A DNA stretch of 63,588 bases, filler included, from Octopus bimaculoides (GCF_001194135.2; 8 parts of 7 records of this genome joined end to end with filler, not necessarily neighbours in it); one strand, 5' to 3'; shown: positions 50,936 to 63,588, counted from the whole stretch's first letter. Program-made: numbers and translations. The notes: generated by a model from the sequence alone, not told the origin.

Positions 50936-51574
50936 ACCAACGGTTATAAGATTACCATCGAAGTATGATTATAATGTGTTAAGGAACGACGATCTTAAGT
51001 GAATAAAAATAGTTGAAAGTATTACATTGAGCGAAACACACACCAAACAGTGTTGCAAATTATTTATCAGAACATGAAGAGACACACGACAGGAAATGAA
51101 TATTAGTTCTCTCGCAATCGTGTACGAATGCCTTCAATTTCAAAAGACGATCTATTACCGTCTCTCTTAATAAAAGGAGTAAATATGCAACATAAAAAAC
51201 CATCCATGCGAAAAATGGAGCACAATTACACAAATATTTCAAGTCGAGAAACAAACTTACGAGTAATGAATAGTTATACATACATACACACATACATACA
51301 TACATACATACATACAAATAGACAGACAGACAGATAGACAGACAGACAGACGGACTGACATGCATTCATGCATTGAAGTGGTGTACAGATATTGTATATA
51401 GAGAAAAGGGAGGCAGTCAGAATTTTGGATAATTCTTTATTAGCACTTTCGTTCGTTTTTCGACAAAATCAAAATTAAAATGGTAAAAACAGAACCTTTC
51501 GTTGTTCATTTATATGAATCGGATGCTTTTTTGCTTGTTTAGAAGAGGAGAATATTGTCTGTGTTTTCTTTTAA

Positions 51575-51605
<31 letters not shown>

Positions 51606-52109
51606 AGCAAAGAGGGGAGAATAGACAGAGAGATTTCAGGACAATCATGAAAGAGGAGAAAAATAATAAAGGATGGGGAAANNNNNNNNNNNNNNNNNNN
51701 NNNNNNNNNNNNNNNNNNNNNNNNNTTAATTAATTAANNNNNNNNNNNNNNNNNNNNNNNNNNNNNNNNNNNNNNNNNNNNTCTCCCCCAAATTAATTAA
51801 GGTCTAATCTTAGAAGTGTTTTTGTAATAAACAATCGAACCCAGGGTAAAAGATGGGGGGGGGGAGCATGGAAGAAAAAAAAGGGTCCAAGGAATCAAGA
51901 AAGAAAATGAAGACAACGAGGAAGGAGATAGAGAATGATTTAAAAAAAGGCAACGATTAACAATTAAAAGGCGAGAATTAATGGTGATTAGTCAAGGATC
52001 AACAATAATCATGATAATAATAATAATAATCATAATAAAAATAAAGGTTAACTTCAACTTCAGCAAAAATGAACAATAATGTTGAAGGATCACTTGGAGA
52101 AAAATAGAG

Positions 52110-52640
52110 AGAGAAACCTTTTGGCTGGAGACATGACATAATTGGAGGTATTTGTTGGAGAGAAAACATACGACAGCCAGATCAGATGAGCTGACTAGAC
52201 ATAACAACGGCAGTCAGGTGTGTTGGCCAGATACTATGACAACAGGCAGATGTGTTTGAACAGACATAACAATGACAGCTAGATGTGTTGGATAAACATA
52301 ACAGATCCTGCAATTACAGTCAGATGTGTTGGCCAGAAATAACAATGACAGCAAAATGTGTTGGTCGGACATGACAAGGACAGCCAAATATGTTAACCAG
52401 AAATAACAATGACAGCCAGATGTGTTGGCCAGACAGAACAATGACAGCCAGATGTGTTGGCCAGACAGAACAATGACAGCCAGATCAGATGTGTTGGCCA
52501 GGCACAACAAATAAACACCAGTCAAACACAACTAAATGTGTTGAAGAAACAGAAAAAGTAAATGCGTATGTTGGTCAAACAAAGTGGTTAAATGCTTTAA
52601 CCTTTCACAAAATGACCAGATGTGTTGGCCAGACAGACAA
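52110..52640. repeat. 32-bp minisatellite, ~12 degenerate units (gacagccagatgtgttggccagacagaacaat)
   Basis: Directly visible; most homogeneous at 52410-52500. Confidence 0.85.
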
Positions 52641-52913
52641 TAACTAAATTTAGAAGCATCAGATGAATGTTATATAAAAGGAGGCAGGGGAAAATATTTG
52701 ATAAACAATTTCTTCAAAGAAGAAAAGGCGGAAGACTGCATTGGGAAAGTTTTTTTTTTTTTATGAAGACAGCAGTAAACAGTAAAAGCAAGAAAAAAAA
52801 GAGTGAGAAAGGATGGACAAGGAATTTGGGAATACTTCAACGAAGATGAACAACTTATCAAAAGAAAAACATAAATTGTAAAGTTAATCCTGTTGTTTTT
52901 GTAATACTGAGCA

Positions 52914-52948
<35 letters not shown>

Positions 52949-53814
52949 AACCTACCCATGGAAAGATTGATAGTCTATCACAGGTAACATTCACTTTATA
53001 TTTTGTTCTGTTATTTTTAATGGGAGCGAGTTCTGGTGCCAATTTCCAACAGTTTAGTAAAACTGGGGTTTCGGAAAGAACAATGAAATATGTCAAGAAA
53101 TCACTGAGTCACTTTAGCCATTTAGCTATTTCAACAATGAAAAACAACTCTAGGAAGAAGCAACAGAATGTGGGTTAACAAGTGGTGGAGGTGGTGGTGT
53201 CTTATTTTGACGTTAATTGTTGTAAATTTTCAGTGGGGAGGGAGATTGTAACAGTTGAGGGAAACAAGAAATTATGTCTCTTGCCAAGAAAACTTAGTGG
53301 ATCATTATGGCGGTGATGGCAGCGGCAGCAGCAGCAGCAACAATTTTGTTTGGCATCGGCACAAGACTACAGATTTGTAGATGGCTTTGAGGATCAATTG
53401 CTTTGACACCAGTACATGACTCTCAACCCCACTTGATTGAAAGGTGAAAATCATCTTAAAAGTATACCAACCCAGGGCACAATGCCATGGAATTGAATAT
53501 TAATCTTTTAATAACCCTGATTAAATCCTTACTGGATGTGTGTTCTGAAAATAATGAAAAAAAACTTGGAGGGACTGGGTAAAAAATATCATGAAAAGCT
53601 GGTGTTTGGAACATATTTTAACAAAACTTTCTTATATAAAATTATGATGGGAGATTTTAACTTTAAATATAAACATTTTCAAAAACAGAATGGTTTGACT
53701 TTTGGAAGTTTGTGGTTTCTGGTGGTTTAGTATGAAACAAGAGTTAAACATCAACAATCTTGCTCCACAACACCCACTACTCTTAACAAACAATAACAAT
53801 AATAATTTTTGCAA

Positions 53815-54926
53815 ATTTTGGCACAAGGCCAGTAAATTTAAGAAGTGGAAAAGCCAATTATAATGACCCCTAGTATTTGCCTGTTATTTGATTTATGAAC
53901 CCTGAAAAGATGAAGTCAACCTCACTGGCATTTGAATAGGGGACATAAGGAGTTGGGAGAATGCTACTAATGAATCTGCCAGCTCGATAATAACAATCCT
54001 TTCTGTTATAGGCACAAGGCCCGATACTTTTGGGGAGTGGGGCCAGTCGATAAGATCAAACCCCGAAAGGATGAAAGGCAAAGTTGACCTCAGCAGAATT
54101 TGAACTCAGAACGTAAAGACACACGAAATACCGCTAAGCATTTCGCTCGGTGTGCTAACGACTCTGCCAGTTCACTGCCTTCATTATATAGACCCCGAAA
54201 GGATGGAAGGCAAAGTCAACCTTGGCAGCACTTGAACTCAGAACATAAAGACGGACAAAATGCTACTAAGCATTTTGCCCAGTGTGCTAACGATTCTGCC
54301 AGCTCACTGCCTCAATAATAATGGTTTGAAATTTTGTCAAAAGGGCAGCTTGTGGGGAGGTGAGGATGAATCAGTTACATCAACCCCAGTGCTCGACTGG
54401 CACTTATTTTATCGACCCAGAAAGGATGAAAGGCAAAGTTGACCTCGGCGGAATTTGAACTCAGAACAGAGCAGGTGAAATACTGCTAAGCATTTCATCC
54501 AGCATGCTAACAATTCTGCCAGCATGCTGCCTTAATAAGGCACAAGGCCTGAAATTTTGCCGGAGGGGACTAGTCAATTACACTGACCCTAGTGCATAAC
54601 TGGTATGGAAGGATGCAAGGCAAAGTCAACCTCGGCAGAATTTGAACTCAGAACGTAGAGACAGACGAAATACCGCTAAACATTTCGCCCAGCATGCCAC
54701 TTTAATAATAACTGTTTCAAATTTTGGCACAAGGCTAGTAATTTGAGGGGAGGGGCTAAGTTGATTACACTGACCCCAGTGCTCAGCTGATACTTATTTC
54801 ACTGACCCATAAAGGATGAAATGCAAATTTGACCTCAGTGGGATCTGAACTCAGAATGTGCAGATAGACAAAATACTGCTAAGCATTTTGCCCGGGGTGC
54901 TAACGATCCTGCCAGCTCACTGCCCT
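53815..54926 (-). mobile_element. Head-to-tail array of six family B SINE copies
   Basis: Repeated aaaggatgaaaggcaaagt(c/t)(g/a)acct...gaactcagaac...gctaagcattt...tgccagctcactgcc. Confidence 0.88.
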
Positions 54927-55074
54927 AATTATAATGATAATTGTTTCATCAATGTAAATACCCCCCACCCCACCCAACCAAATACCTCTTTCAACCATTT
55001 CTGGTAAAAATACTTTGTCTTTGTTTGGATTCATTTTTAAAATAAGAATTTAGTAAAATAAGTCATTTCACTGG

Positions 55075-55450
55075 TGACGGTTGGTGAACTGGAAGGAATC
55101 GGTAGAGCACCAGACAAAATGCTTCGGTGGCATTTCATTGCAGCTCCCATTTCAACTGCTCCGAGTTCAAACCTCATCAACATTGATCCTGCCCTTCATC
55201 CTACCAAGTTTGATAAAATGAAATACTAGTCAAGTTATAGGGGCCAATATAATCAACTAGCCCTTTCTTAAAAATTGCTAACCCCAGGCTTAAATCAGAA
55301 ACCATTATTATTATTGTTATTATTAAGCAAACTCATTCCACCAAAGTTGGGTTTGCCTTTCATCTTTTCCAATTAAGTACTGGGGTCAATGTAATCGACT
55401 GACCCACTCCCCCAAAATTTCAGGCCTTGTGCCTATAGTAGGAAGGATTA
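55075..55450 (+). mobile_element. Two degenerate family B copies in opposite orientation to the array
   Basis: ggtgaactggaaggaatcgg...gagttcaaacc; tttgcctttcatc...gtactggggtcaatgtaatcgac...ccttgtgcctatagtaggaagg. Confidence 0.7.
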
Positions 55451-56293
55451 TTATTATTAAGCTGGTGCTTGAAGAAATTTTGATTCGAGGGAAGGTTTTA
55501 AAATGAAGTTTGTATCATAGAACCAGGGGTCAGGGTTAGGGTTTAATGGTGTTGAATAGTTTTGAGGAAGACTGTTCGAGGGACCCTTCTTGTAGTTCTG
55601 GGGGCTCAAAGGGATGGATCCAACGCAAGAGTTTTTGAAACTGGAATGAACTGGATTCTGTCAAGTGGAAGATTCCTGCAATTGAAAGATGTAATGAAAC
55701 CTTGCAACTGCAACAATAAATGTAACGTCATCCGACAACAGCAGTAAGAAAGTGGGGAGGAAGGGAGAAGCATAACCGCCCCTGTCCCAGGCGGGGGTGG
55801 GGGGAAAGCAAAGCTGATAGAAGAAATAAAGGTATTTCTTGGAAGAACCAAATAAAGGAAGAATGAAGAAAGACCGAGGTGTAAAAGAACCATAACTGAC
55901 AATCGTACACACAAAGAGTTCCCAAAGACCCCAACAGAGATAATGGAAAATGGCAGAGTAAATAAAAAAAAAAAAGTGATTGTACCTGACCAAACCCCAC
56001 CCCCACCCCAAGACTGAAACAGAAGCAATAGATGGGAAGAAAAAAAGAGGGGGACAAAAACCACCCCCCTTCCTCCATCCCTCAACAGAAGCAAGAGAAG
56101 GGTGTGGCTGCCACAGAACACCCAAACCAGTATTTAACCCCCCTCCCCTTTAAGGGAACAAGTAGAAGAGTGAACACCCAAGTATAATGTGGGNNNNNNN
56201 NNNNNNNNNNNNNNNNNNNNNNNNNNNNNNNNNNNNNTTAATTAATTAANNNNNNNNNNNNNNNNNNNNNNNNNNNNNNNNNNNNNNNNNNNN

Positions 56294-56784
56294 GATCTAG
56301 ACACAGTTGTTTCGCCAATGCGCTTGAAAAGTTCTCCACTTGTAAGGTCTACCTTCTTTACAACTTTACGCTTAATTCGTGACGGAGAACGTTGAGAAAC
56401 AGCCCTCGATTGACGCTTGTCGGCTCTCTTACGTATCTGCGTAGGAGCTGTAACATTCCCCCCCCCCAGTTTTGTGATATCTTCCAATTATTTTAGACAT
56501 TTCTAATGTTGGTATATCTTTTGCAAGTTCAGAAGTAATAACAGATTTCTCTGGGGCAGTTAAGTCACATTTACTACTCATAATTACACGATTACCAGAT
56601 CACTTGTCAATACTTAGGAACACTGAAAGTTCGTGGAAATCATGCAAACGGCCGCAGTTTGTTTACACTTGTGCAACACCTTGCGTGCTTTACACACCAC
56701 GCAGATATAACAGTCACCATCGTTCTGTGGAAATTTCGTTAATTTCCAACGAGTAGTTTTTAAATAAAATATACAGATGTTCTT
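56294..56784 (-). mobile_element. Tc1-like transposase N-terminus (HTH region), frameshift at a G10 run, truncated by gap
   Basis: ATG at 56581: MSSKCDLTAPEKSVITSELAKDIPTLEMSKIIGRYH.. / TAPTQIRKRADK..SRIKRKVVK..LTSGELFKRIGETTVSR. Confidence 0.75.
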
Positions 56785-57135
56785 CACTCCGTCGCTTACG
56801 ACGTCGAGGGTTCCAGTTGATCCGATCGACGGAACAGCTTGCTCGTGAAATTAACGTGCAAGTGGCTGAGCACTCCACAGACACGTGTACCCTTAACGTT
56901 GTTCTCGGGGATATTCAGCGTGACACAGTGTAACAAGGCTGGCCCTTTGAATTACAGGCACAACAGAAACAGGAAGTAAGAGTGAGAGAAAGTTGTGGTG
57001 AAAGAGTACAGCAGGGTTCGCAACCATCTCCTGCCGGAGCCTCGTGGAGCTTTAGGTGTTTTCGCTCAATAAACACTCACAACGCCCGGTCTGGGAATCG
57101 AAACCGTGATCCTATGACCACGAGTCCGCTGCCCT
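56785..57135 (-). mobile_element. SINE family A (5' end in gap)
   Basis: Reverse complement of 10620-10970. Confidence 0.92.
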
Positions 57136-58405
57136 NNNNNNNNNNNNNNNNNNNNNNNNNNNNNNNNNNNNNNNNNNNNNNNNNNNNNNNNNNNNNNNNN
57201 NNNNNNNNNNNNNNNNNNNNNNNNNNNNNNNNNNNNNNNNNNNNNNNNNNNNNNNNNNNNNNNNNNNNNNNNNNNNNNNNNNNNNNNNNNNNNNNNNNNN
57301 NNNNNNNNNNNNNNNNNNNNNNNNNNNNNNNNNNNNNNNNNNNNNNNNNNNNNNNNNNNNNNNNNNNNNNNNNNNNNNNNNNNNNNNNNNNNNNNNNNNN
57401 NNNNNNNNNNNNNNNNNNNNNNNNNNNNNNNNNNNNNNNNNNNNNNNNNNNNNNNNNNNNNNNATATATATATATATATAATATGTATGTATACACATAG
57501 CCACCCTCACATATAATGTGCGTCTGTGTGCGTGCGTGCCCGTGTGTATGTTTACGTGTCTGGCTCTGCGTCAGCTTTCATGTTGCTTTTGTGTCCCGTT
57601 TCTTTTCAGTTTGGCAGACAGAAAGAGGTTCAAACTATGTACTAGGTTCGACATGCTCAGCATAAGTTTCTCAAGGCTGTACTCCAACATGACTGCTGTG
57701 CAATGACTGAAACAAGAAACTAAATGAACAATGATAGCGTTGAGAATAAGTTTAGTGACTTATTTAACGACAATAACAAGTCATAGCTTTGGAGAGAGGA
57801 GAGGACTTTCTTTATGTCCTTAAAGTACGATGTGAAGGAAGCTATGGGCGATGTGTGGAAAGATATTGTGTCCATGGACCAAAGTAAGACATAATGTTGT
57901 TCCTTCCCGATTCTTAAGGCTGCCATAGAGGCTAAACTTCAAGCATAGATAATGCGGTATATAACATATGTACGAGTAGATATTGTACTATCTTGCTATC
58001 GCAATAGCTCAATAAGACCAGGTGGTAAAGCGGAGGTGGTGAGAGATTGATAATTAGTCGGGAATGGTTAACATGAATTTGCAAGTCCTGAAGGGTAAAG
58101 AGAACATTTTCGGAACCTATATCGTTATAGGTGCAGCAACAAAAACCCAGCTGTTACACTTTCTGTTGCAAGATCCACTCGTGGGTCTTCTGCGCCGAAG
58201 ATCGAAAAAGTCAGAAAGAAAGCGGTAAAGAGTGGCAGAACCAGACACAATGATAGCAGATCCCTGAATCTGTTGTTTCTATAAACATCGCCAGTTGAAG
58301 CTGAAGAAATGGTGAAGGATATGGATTAGTTCTTGATTTCATTAGTGAGGGATGCTGAAGCACTCGCTTCTATTGTGGTGGTGGTGGGGGAGGAGGAAGG
58401 CAGGT

Positions 58406-58489
58406 GAAGGTTGGAGCGAAGGTTGGAGCGAAGGTTGGAGCGAAGGTTGGAGCGAAGGTTGGAGCGAAGGTTGGAGCGAAGGTTGGAGC
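58406..58489. repeat. Perfect 12-bp tandem repeat x7 (gaaggttggagc)
   Basis: Seven identical units. Confidence 0.97.
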
Positions 58490-58549
58490 GATGCAGAAAC
58501 AAATGAACCCCACCCAAAGAACCAAACGGAAAGAAAATAAAAACCTTGG

Positions 58550-58720
58550 TGGTTTATAAGCGCGGGCGTGGCTTTGTGGTACGAAGTTTGATTCCCAACC
58601 ACATGGTTCCGAGTTCAGTCCTACTCCGTGGCACTACAGATTCGGACGAACGAAGCCTTGTGAGTGGATTTCGTAGACGGAAACTGAAAGAAGCCAGATC
58701 ACCAGCATTCTCTCTCACAC
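58550..58720 (+). mobile_element. SINE family C head/core, partly deleted
   Basis: gggcgtggctttgtggtacgaag...ccaaccacatggttccgagttcagtcc...gccttgtgagtggatttcgtagacggaaactgaaagaagc. Confidence 0.8.
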
Positions 58721-58819
58721 ACACACAGCTTCTCGTATTTGGGTTCACCGCTTCTTTTCCCTTTGTTGTCTCCCCTTTTTCTTAGCTCTCCTGTGTGAAC
58801 TTTCTGTCCGGCAGTCACC

Positions 58820-59000
58820 ATGATAGATCGCTGACCACTACATTAAAATTTTTTTTCTCCTTGTTTTTCTCTTTATTTCTTTCTGTTGAAGAGCGTAGCT
58901 CGAAACGTTAAAGACTTTCTCTATTCCCGAGCGTTAAACTAATACATCCTTTTGTTGTTTACACCACCTGTCCTCGTCTGTTGTTTTTTTCGTAAATTCT
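58820..59000 (+). mobile_element. Second copy of the 25840-26024 repeat, with hammerhead-like motif at 58878-58914
   Basis: tcttt CTGTTGA a gagc-gta-gctc GAAA cgt t aaaga. Confidence 0.75.
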
Positions 59001-59094
59001 GCCATAGTGTTTCGGAAATTCCTTTTTATGGGGTTACCCTGGAGTTCCCGTCCACAAAGAGTTTAACTTTATGGCGTATCGTCAGACCCCAAGC

Positions 59095-59400
59095 CCTGCT
59101 AGTTGTTATCTCATTTATCTTCTTTTACTCGTTTCTGTCTTTGGGCTGTGGCCACGGTACGGCTTCGCCTTGAAGGGTTTTTGTCTAACGAATCGATCTC
59201 AGAACTTATTTTAATTTTGCTAAGCCTGGTACTTATTCTATCAGTCTCTTAGCGTAATCGCTAATTTACGGAGACGTGAACAAACCAACATCGGTCGTCA
59301 AGGTGTGATGGAAGACAAACACAAAGACACACACACACACACACACACGTGACGAGCTTCTAGATTTTGCGTATCAAATCTACTCACAGAATCAGAAGAG
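59095..59400 (-). mobile_element. SINE family C tail, old
   Basis: ggctgtggccacgg...gccttgaaggg...aagcctggtacttattctatcagtctc...ggagacgtgaacaaaccaacatcgg. Confidence 0.75.
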
Positions 59401-59819
59401 ACTTGGTCGAGGAATGGACTGAACCTTGAACAATGTTATTTGCAAACAAACTTAATACACAGCCATAACTCTGTATGTGTGTGTGTGTGTGTGTGTTTGT
59501 GTGTGTGTGTATTAAATAAAATGAGACAACAAAGCCAAGGTTGTGTGAACTTTTCAGGACATTTATAAAGAGAAATGTTCTGAAAATTCCACACAGCCTT
59601 GACTTTGTTGTCTCATTTTTATTTAACATGTACCTGATCATACAAGACCCGCATTAGAGTCCTCACTCGTACCATCATCGAATCGAAAGTTTAACTACGG
59701 TCCTTCTATAGCACTTACGTAGCATTAAGTGTCACCTTGGGTCTTCTGGATACCAATACCTCTCATACCTTATACATACACACACAAATGTCTGTGTGTG
59801 TGTGTGTGTGTCTCTCTCA

Positions 59820-59955
<136 letters not shown>

Positions 59956-60499
59956 GGAAGCACATGCTCATAACTAGCGGAAAAAGTAAAACGACTGCAA
60001 TTTTAAGAGAGCATATAAGGAAACGTTATTTTGAAATAAGAAAATATCTTTTACTAGCAGAGCGACATGCAGCTAATAACAAAATATCCGGTATCCGGTT
60101 GCCTTTCCTTGTGTATTCAAAATTACTTGCAGCGTCGCGATAAAGTAAGGTGTGTTTATTGACGTTAAAAACTAGAATGCATTACTCGACAACTGCAGAT
60201 TTATTTACTATTGGTGTAGTTTTTTTTATCTCCAGCTATACTTAGTTGATCTCTAGTTAAACCTTTAACGTTACACTAATCATTGTTATACGTGGGGATG
60301 GTTTTCTTTTGCCAATTAAACACACGCACTATTTATTTGATCCTCACTTTAGTTTATACATTTTGTGAAAGAAGCCTCATTAGTGACTCTCTGTCCCATG
60401 TGTCTCCTCTTGTTCTGCTTATTCACGTTTGTTTTCCTGCGTTTTTAGTAGAGGCCGTTCGTGATTTCTTCTTGCGTTTTTTGTTTTTTAAGTAAAATA

Positions 60500-60660
60500 C
60501 ATACTGGTGCAGGCATAGCTGTATTGTCAAGATGCTCGCTTTACAACCACATAATTTCAGGTGTAACTTTGGAATAGTCTCTTCTACTATAGCCTCGGGT
60601 CAACCAGTGCTTTGTGAGTGGTGAATTTGGTTCAAAGAAGCTGTAGAAACTTGTCTTATA
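60500..60660 (+). mobile_element. Degenerate family C head
   Basis: gcaggcatagctgt...tcttctactatagcctcgggtcaacc...tttgtgagtgg. Confidence 0.65.
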
Positions 60661-60665
60661 TATAC

Positions 60666-60733
<68 letters not shown>

Positions 60734-61004
60734 GCGTGTACATACGCTTATGAATTATATACATATATATACATATACGTACATACATATATATGTATGT
60801 ATATCTATATCTATATCTATCTATCTATATATGTATCTATCTATCTCTATATGTATATATATATATATGTATATATATATGTATATATATATGTANNNNN
60901 NNNNNNNNNNNNNNNNNNNNNNNNNNNNNNNNNNNNNNNNNNNNNNNNNNNNNNNNNNNNNNNNNNNNNNNNNNNNNNNNNNNNNNNNNNNNNNNGTGTG
61001 TGTA

Positions 61005-61039
<35 letters not shown>

Positions 61040-61481
61040 GTCTGTGTGTGTTTGTGTGTGTGTGTATGTATCCATGTAATAGATAAGTTTATAAAGCTAG
61101 GAATTTTTAGTGGTGTGTTCGGGTAAACTGACCACTCATCACAACGATATCAAATTACAACCTTAATCTATATTTCAACGAGTGGTTTAGCTAGGAAATT
61201 ATTTATGACCAATACAATCTCATTCAAAGCAATATCCTGTTCTCAATTCTATAGTATTTTATCTCTTTATCTCTTATTCCACTTTATGTTTTTATTTCTT
61301 TTATTTCTTTTGTTACTTTATTCCAATTTTGCTAAATCTTATTTATTTATGTATCTACCTTTATTATCCTTATATTTGCTTTCATTAATCTCCGGTTTGA
61401 CTTCTATTACTTTTATAGTTTATTTTTTATTTTTTACTTTATTTTTTACCCTTGATCTTCTCTTTCTATTTTATACACGCA

Positions 61482-61870
61482 GTGGAGGCGAAATGGCCCA
61501 GTAGTTAGGGCAGCGGACTCGCGGTCATAGAATCGCGGTTTCGATTCCCAGACCGGGCGTTGTGAGTGTTTATTGAGCGAAAACACCTAAAGCTCCACGA
61601 GTCTCCGGCAGCGGGTGGTGGCCAACCCTGCTGTACTCTTCCACCACAACTTTCTCTCACTCTTACTTCCTGTTTCTGTTGTGCCTGTAATTCAAAGGGT
61701 CAGACTTGTCACACTCTGTGTCAGGCTGAATATCCCCAAGAACTACGTTAAGGGTACAGGTGTCTGTGGAGTGCTCAGCCACTTGCACGTTAATTTCACG
61801 GGCAAGATGTTCCATTGATCGGGTCAACTGGAACTCTCGAAGTCGTAAGCGACGGAGTGCCAACAACAAT
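61482..61870 (+). mobile_element. SINE family A, full length
   Basis: 10-bp TSD ttatacacgc at 61471-61480 and 61872-61881; (CAA)n tail. Confidence 0.95.
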
Positions 61871-62554
61871 CTTATACACGCTAGTTAAATATAAACTCAA
61901 TCCAATCTATTTAACATTCACTCTATGCTGAATTGTGGTACAGTATGGGCAAATTTTCGAAATCCAACGAACCTTTATGCAGATATACCTTTTTAAAGAG
62001 ATAAACCTATTATAATGGGTAATACTAAGTGTACTTTTTCTTTTTCTTCTGTGATGTAATCTTTGGACTAGCAATGTTTGCGGCTGAAGATAGCTTTAAA
62101 CCATATATATACTTTATTAAAAAACAGCAAAAATATCACAAAAACTGTTACTGAGAGTTTCACGTTCCCGTTCGTCGGGCAGTTTTGTTTAGAATGGAGC
62201 AAGATGAAGATATATGCAGAAATACAATTACTTTGAAAGATACACATTTGAAAATGGTTTTGTTTCATTGGTCCTTTCAATTAACGGTCTTTTCAATAAC
62301 CGGTTGCATGAAATAACAATTGCGGTTTAAAATCATATTATTATAAAAATTAAAAAAATAGCTTATAAAGAAGAAAAAAGGCCTGAATACCCAGGGTAAA
62401 TAATTAGCTGTAAAATATTAATAAATTAATAAACTAAAAGGTATATCATATCAGTTTATAAAAATGTTCACGCTAGATTACATATACATTTAGCGATATA
62501 TACCATACCAAACAATCTTTAATATACGTATATACACTACGCCACGCGCTGTGA

Positions 62555-62587
<33 letters not shown>

Positions 62588-62590
62588 AAA

Positions 62591-62870
62591 GAAGCGCGCG
62601 TGGCGTAGTGATTAGGGTTTTCGGCAAACTATCGTAAGGTCGTAAGTTCGTTTTCCGATAGTAGGATGTGTCATTGAGCAAGATACTTTATTTCACGTTG
62701 TTCCAGTTCATTCAGGTGCCTAAAATGAATTGTACCTGTAATTAAAAGGACCAGCCTCGACACTTTCTGTGTCCGCTGTATCTTCTTGAGAACTACGTTG
62801 ATTTCACGAGCAGGCTTTTACGTTGATCGGATCAACTGGAACTCTTGTCGTCGTAACCGACGGAATACCA
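62591..62870 (+). mobile_element. SINE family D (CORE-like tgtgtcattgagcaagatac; 3' tail shared with family A)
   Basis: tggcgtagtgattaggg head; tail gttgatcggatcaactggaactc..gtcgtaaccgacgga as in family A. Confidence 0.75.
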
Positions 62871-62887
62871 GTTAATGGTTGTACACA

Positions 62888-62981
<94 letters not shown>

Positions 62982-63309
62982 ATGTGTTAACAATGGAAGT
63001 GTTCTAGTGTCTAACATCGTTTGAAGGACTTTAAATATTTAAACAGCTGTACGATATTTCATAATAACTCGATAGAAATTTGTGCTTCTTTTTTCAAACA
63101 TTAAGGCAAAAACAAGCTAATGAAATACTTAAGTTTGTTTTAACATATGTAATGAAGTGGCCATTGAAAAACTGACATGAAGTGATTTTGAAATGAGTAA
63201 AAGAGCCATATTATTGGACAGTGATAATGGCATCTCAACGATCTGACTACTTGTAGTTCTATTAACTATTATAGAATGAGCAATATCTTCCATTTTTTTA
63301 ATGTTTTAT

Positions 63310-63517
63310 TTGTTTTAGTCATTGTTACGGCCATACTGGAGGCCTAGCTTGAACGGTTTAGTGGAACAAATCAACCCCACTACATGTGCTTTAGCATAAA
63401 CTTATCAATCTGTTTTGCTGAGCCGCTATGTTACGGAGATGTAAAAAAAAATAAATAAAAAAATAGGGCAACGCCGGTTGTCAGGCAGTGGTGGTGGAGG
63501 TGAAACAAAAACAACAG

Positions 63518-63588
<71 letters not shown>
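63310..63588 (-). mobile_element. SINE family C tail running into (CA)n at the window end
   Basis: ggccatactggag...ttttgctgagccgctatgttacggagatgtaaa...ggttgtcaggc. Confidence 0.7.

Noticed and set aside
51060-51260. Hydrophobic 101-aa minus ORF (membrane protein-like)
   Set aside because: It starts in a microsatellite, AT-rich DNA biases toward hydrophobic codons, and there is no splice or homology support.
52110-52640. CRISPR-like array
   Set aside because: Units are contiguous tandem copies with no unique spacers, there are no cas genes, and the DNA is eukaryotic.
55527-55543. Telomere-like gggtcagggttagggtt
   Set aside because: Only about two units; expected by chance.
55600-55720. Candidate terminal exon IFHLTESSSFQFQKLLRWIHPFEPPELQEG.. 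(minus)
   Set aside because: Good acceptor only; no recognisable homology or supporting upstream exon.
57700-58330. Possible L1/Tx1 ORF1 remnant
   Set aside because: Only vague motif resemblance with many stops; it cannot be supported without BLASTX.

Overview
AT-rich eukaryotic draft-assembly DNA, inferred to be octopus (or a close cephalopod) from the recurrent tRNA-derived SINE families and extreme microsatellite density. About 7.9 kb (22 gaps, ~12%) is N; seven of the 100-bp gaps carry an artificial TTAATTAATTAA spacer. I cannot support any intact host protein-coding gene: nearly all long ORFs in the track are microsatellite translations or read-through across Ns. The window is intergenic or intronic and densely layered with mobile elements. 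There are four tRNA-headed SINE families (here A, B, C, D; they probably include the published octopus OK/OR1/OR2 families, but I cannot map names with certainty). Decayed LINEs come from the RTE, CR1/L2, L1/Tx1 and R4/Dong clades, and there is a Penelope-like RT+GIY-YIG element. DNA transposons include one full-length and two partial mariners, a Tc1 fragment, a Mutator-like transposase and two TA-flanked MITEs. The most interesting structure is at 20390-22250: a tRNA-headed, SINE-like element carrying a minimal hammerhead-ribozyme motif. An inverted copy of its own tail abuts its head, and an R4/Dong LINE has inserted into its internal (AAT)n. At least two other hammerhead-like families also occur in the window. 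All TE clade calls come from manual translation and remembered motifs, and boundaries are approximate unless TSDs or TIRs are quoted.
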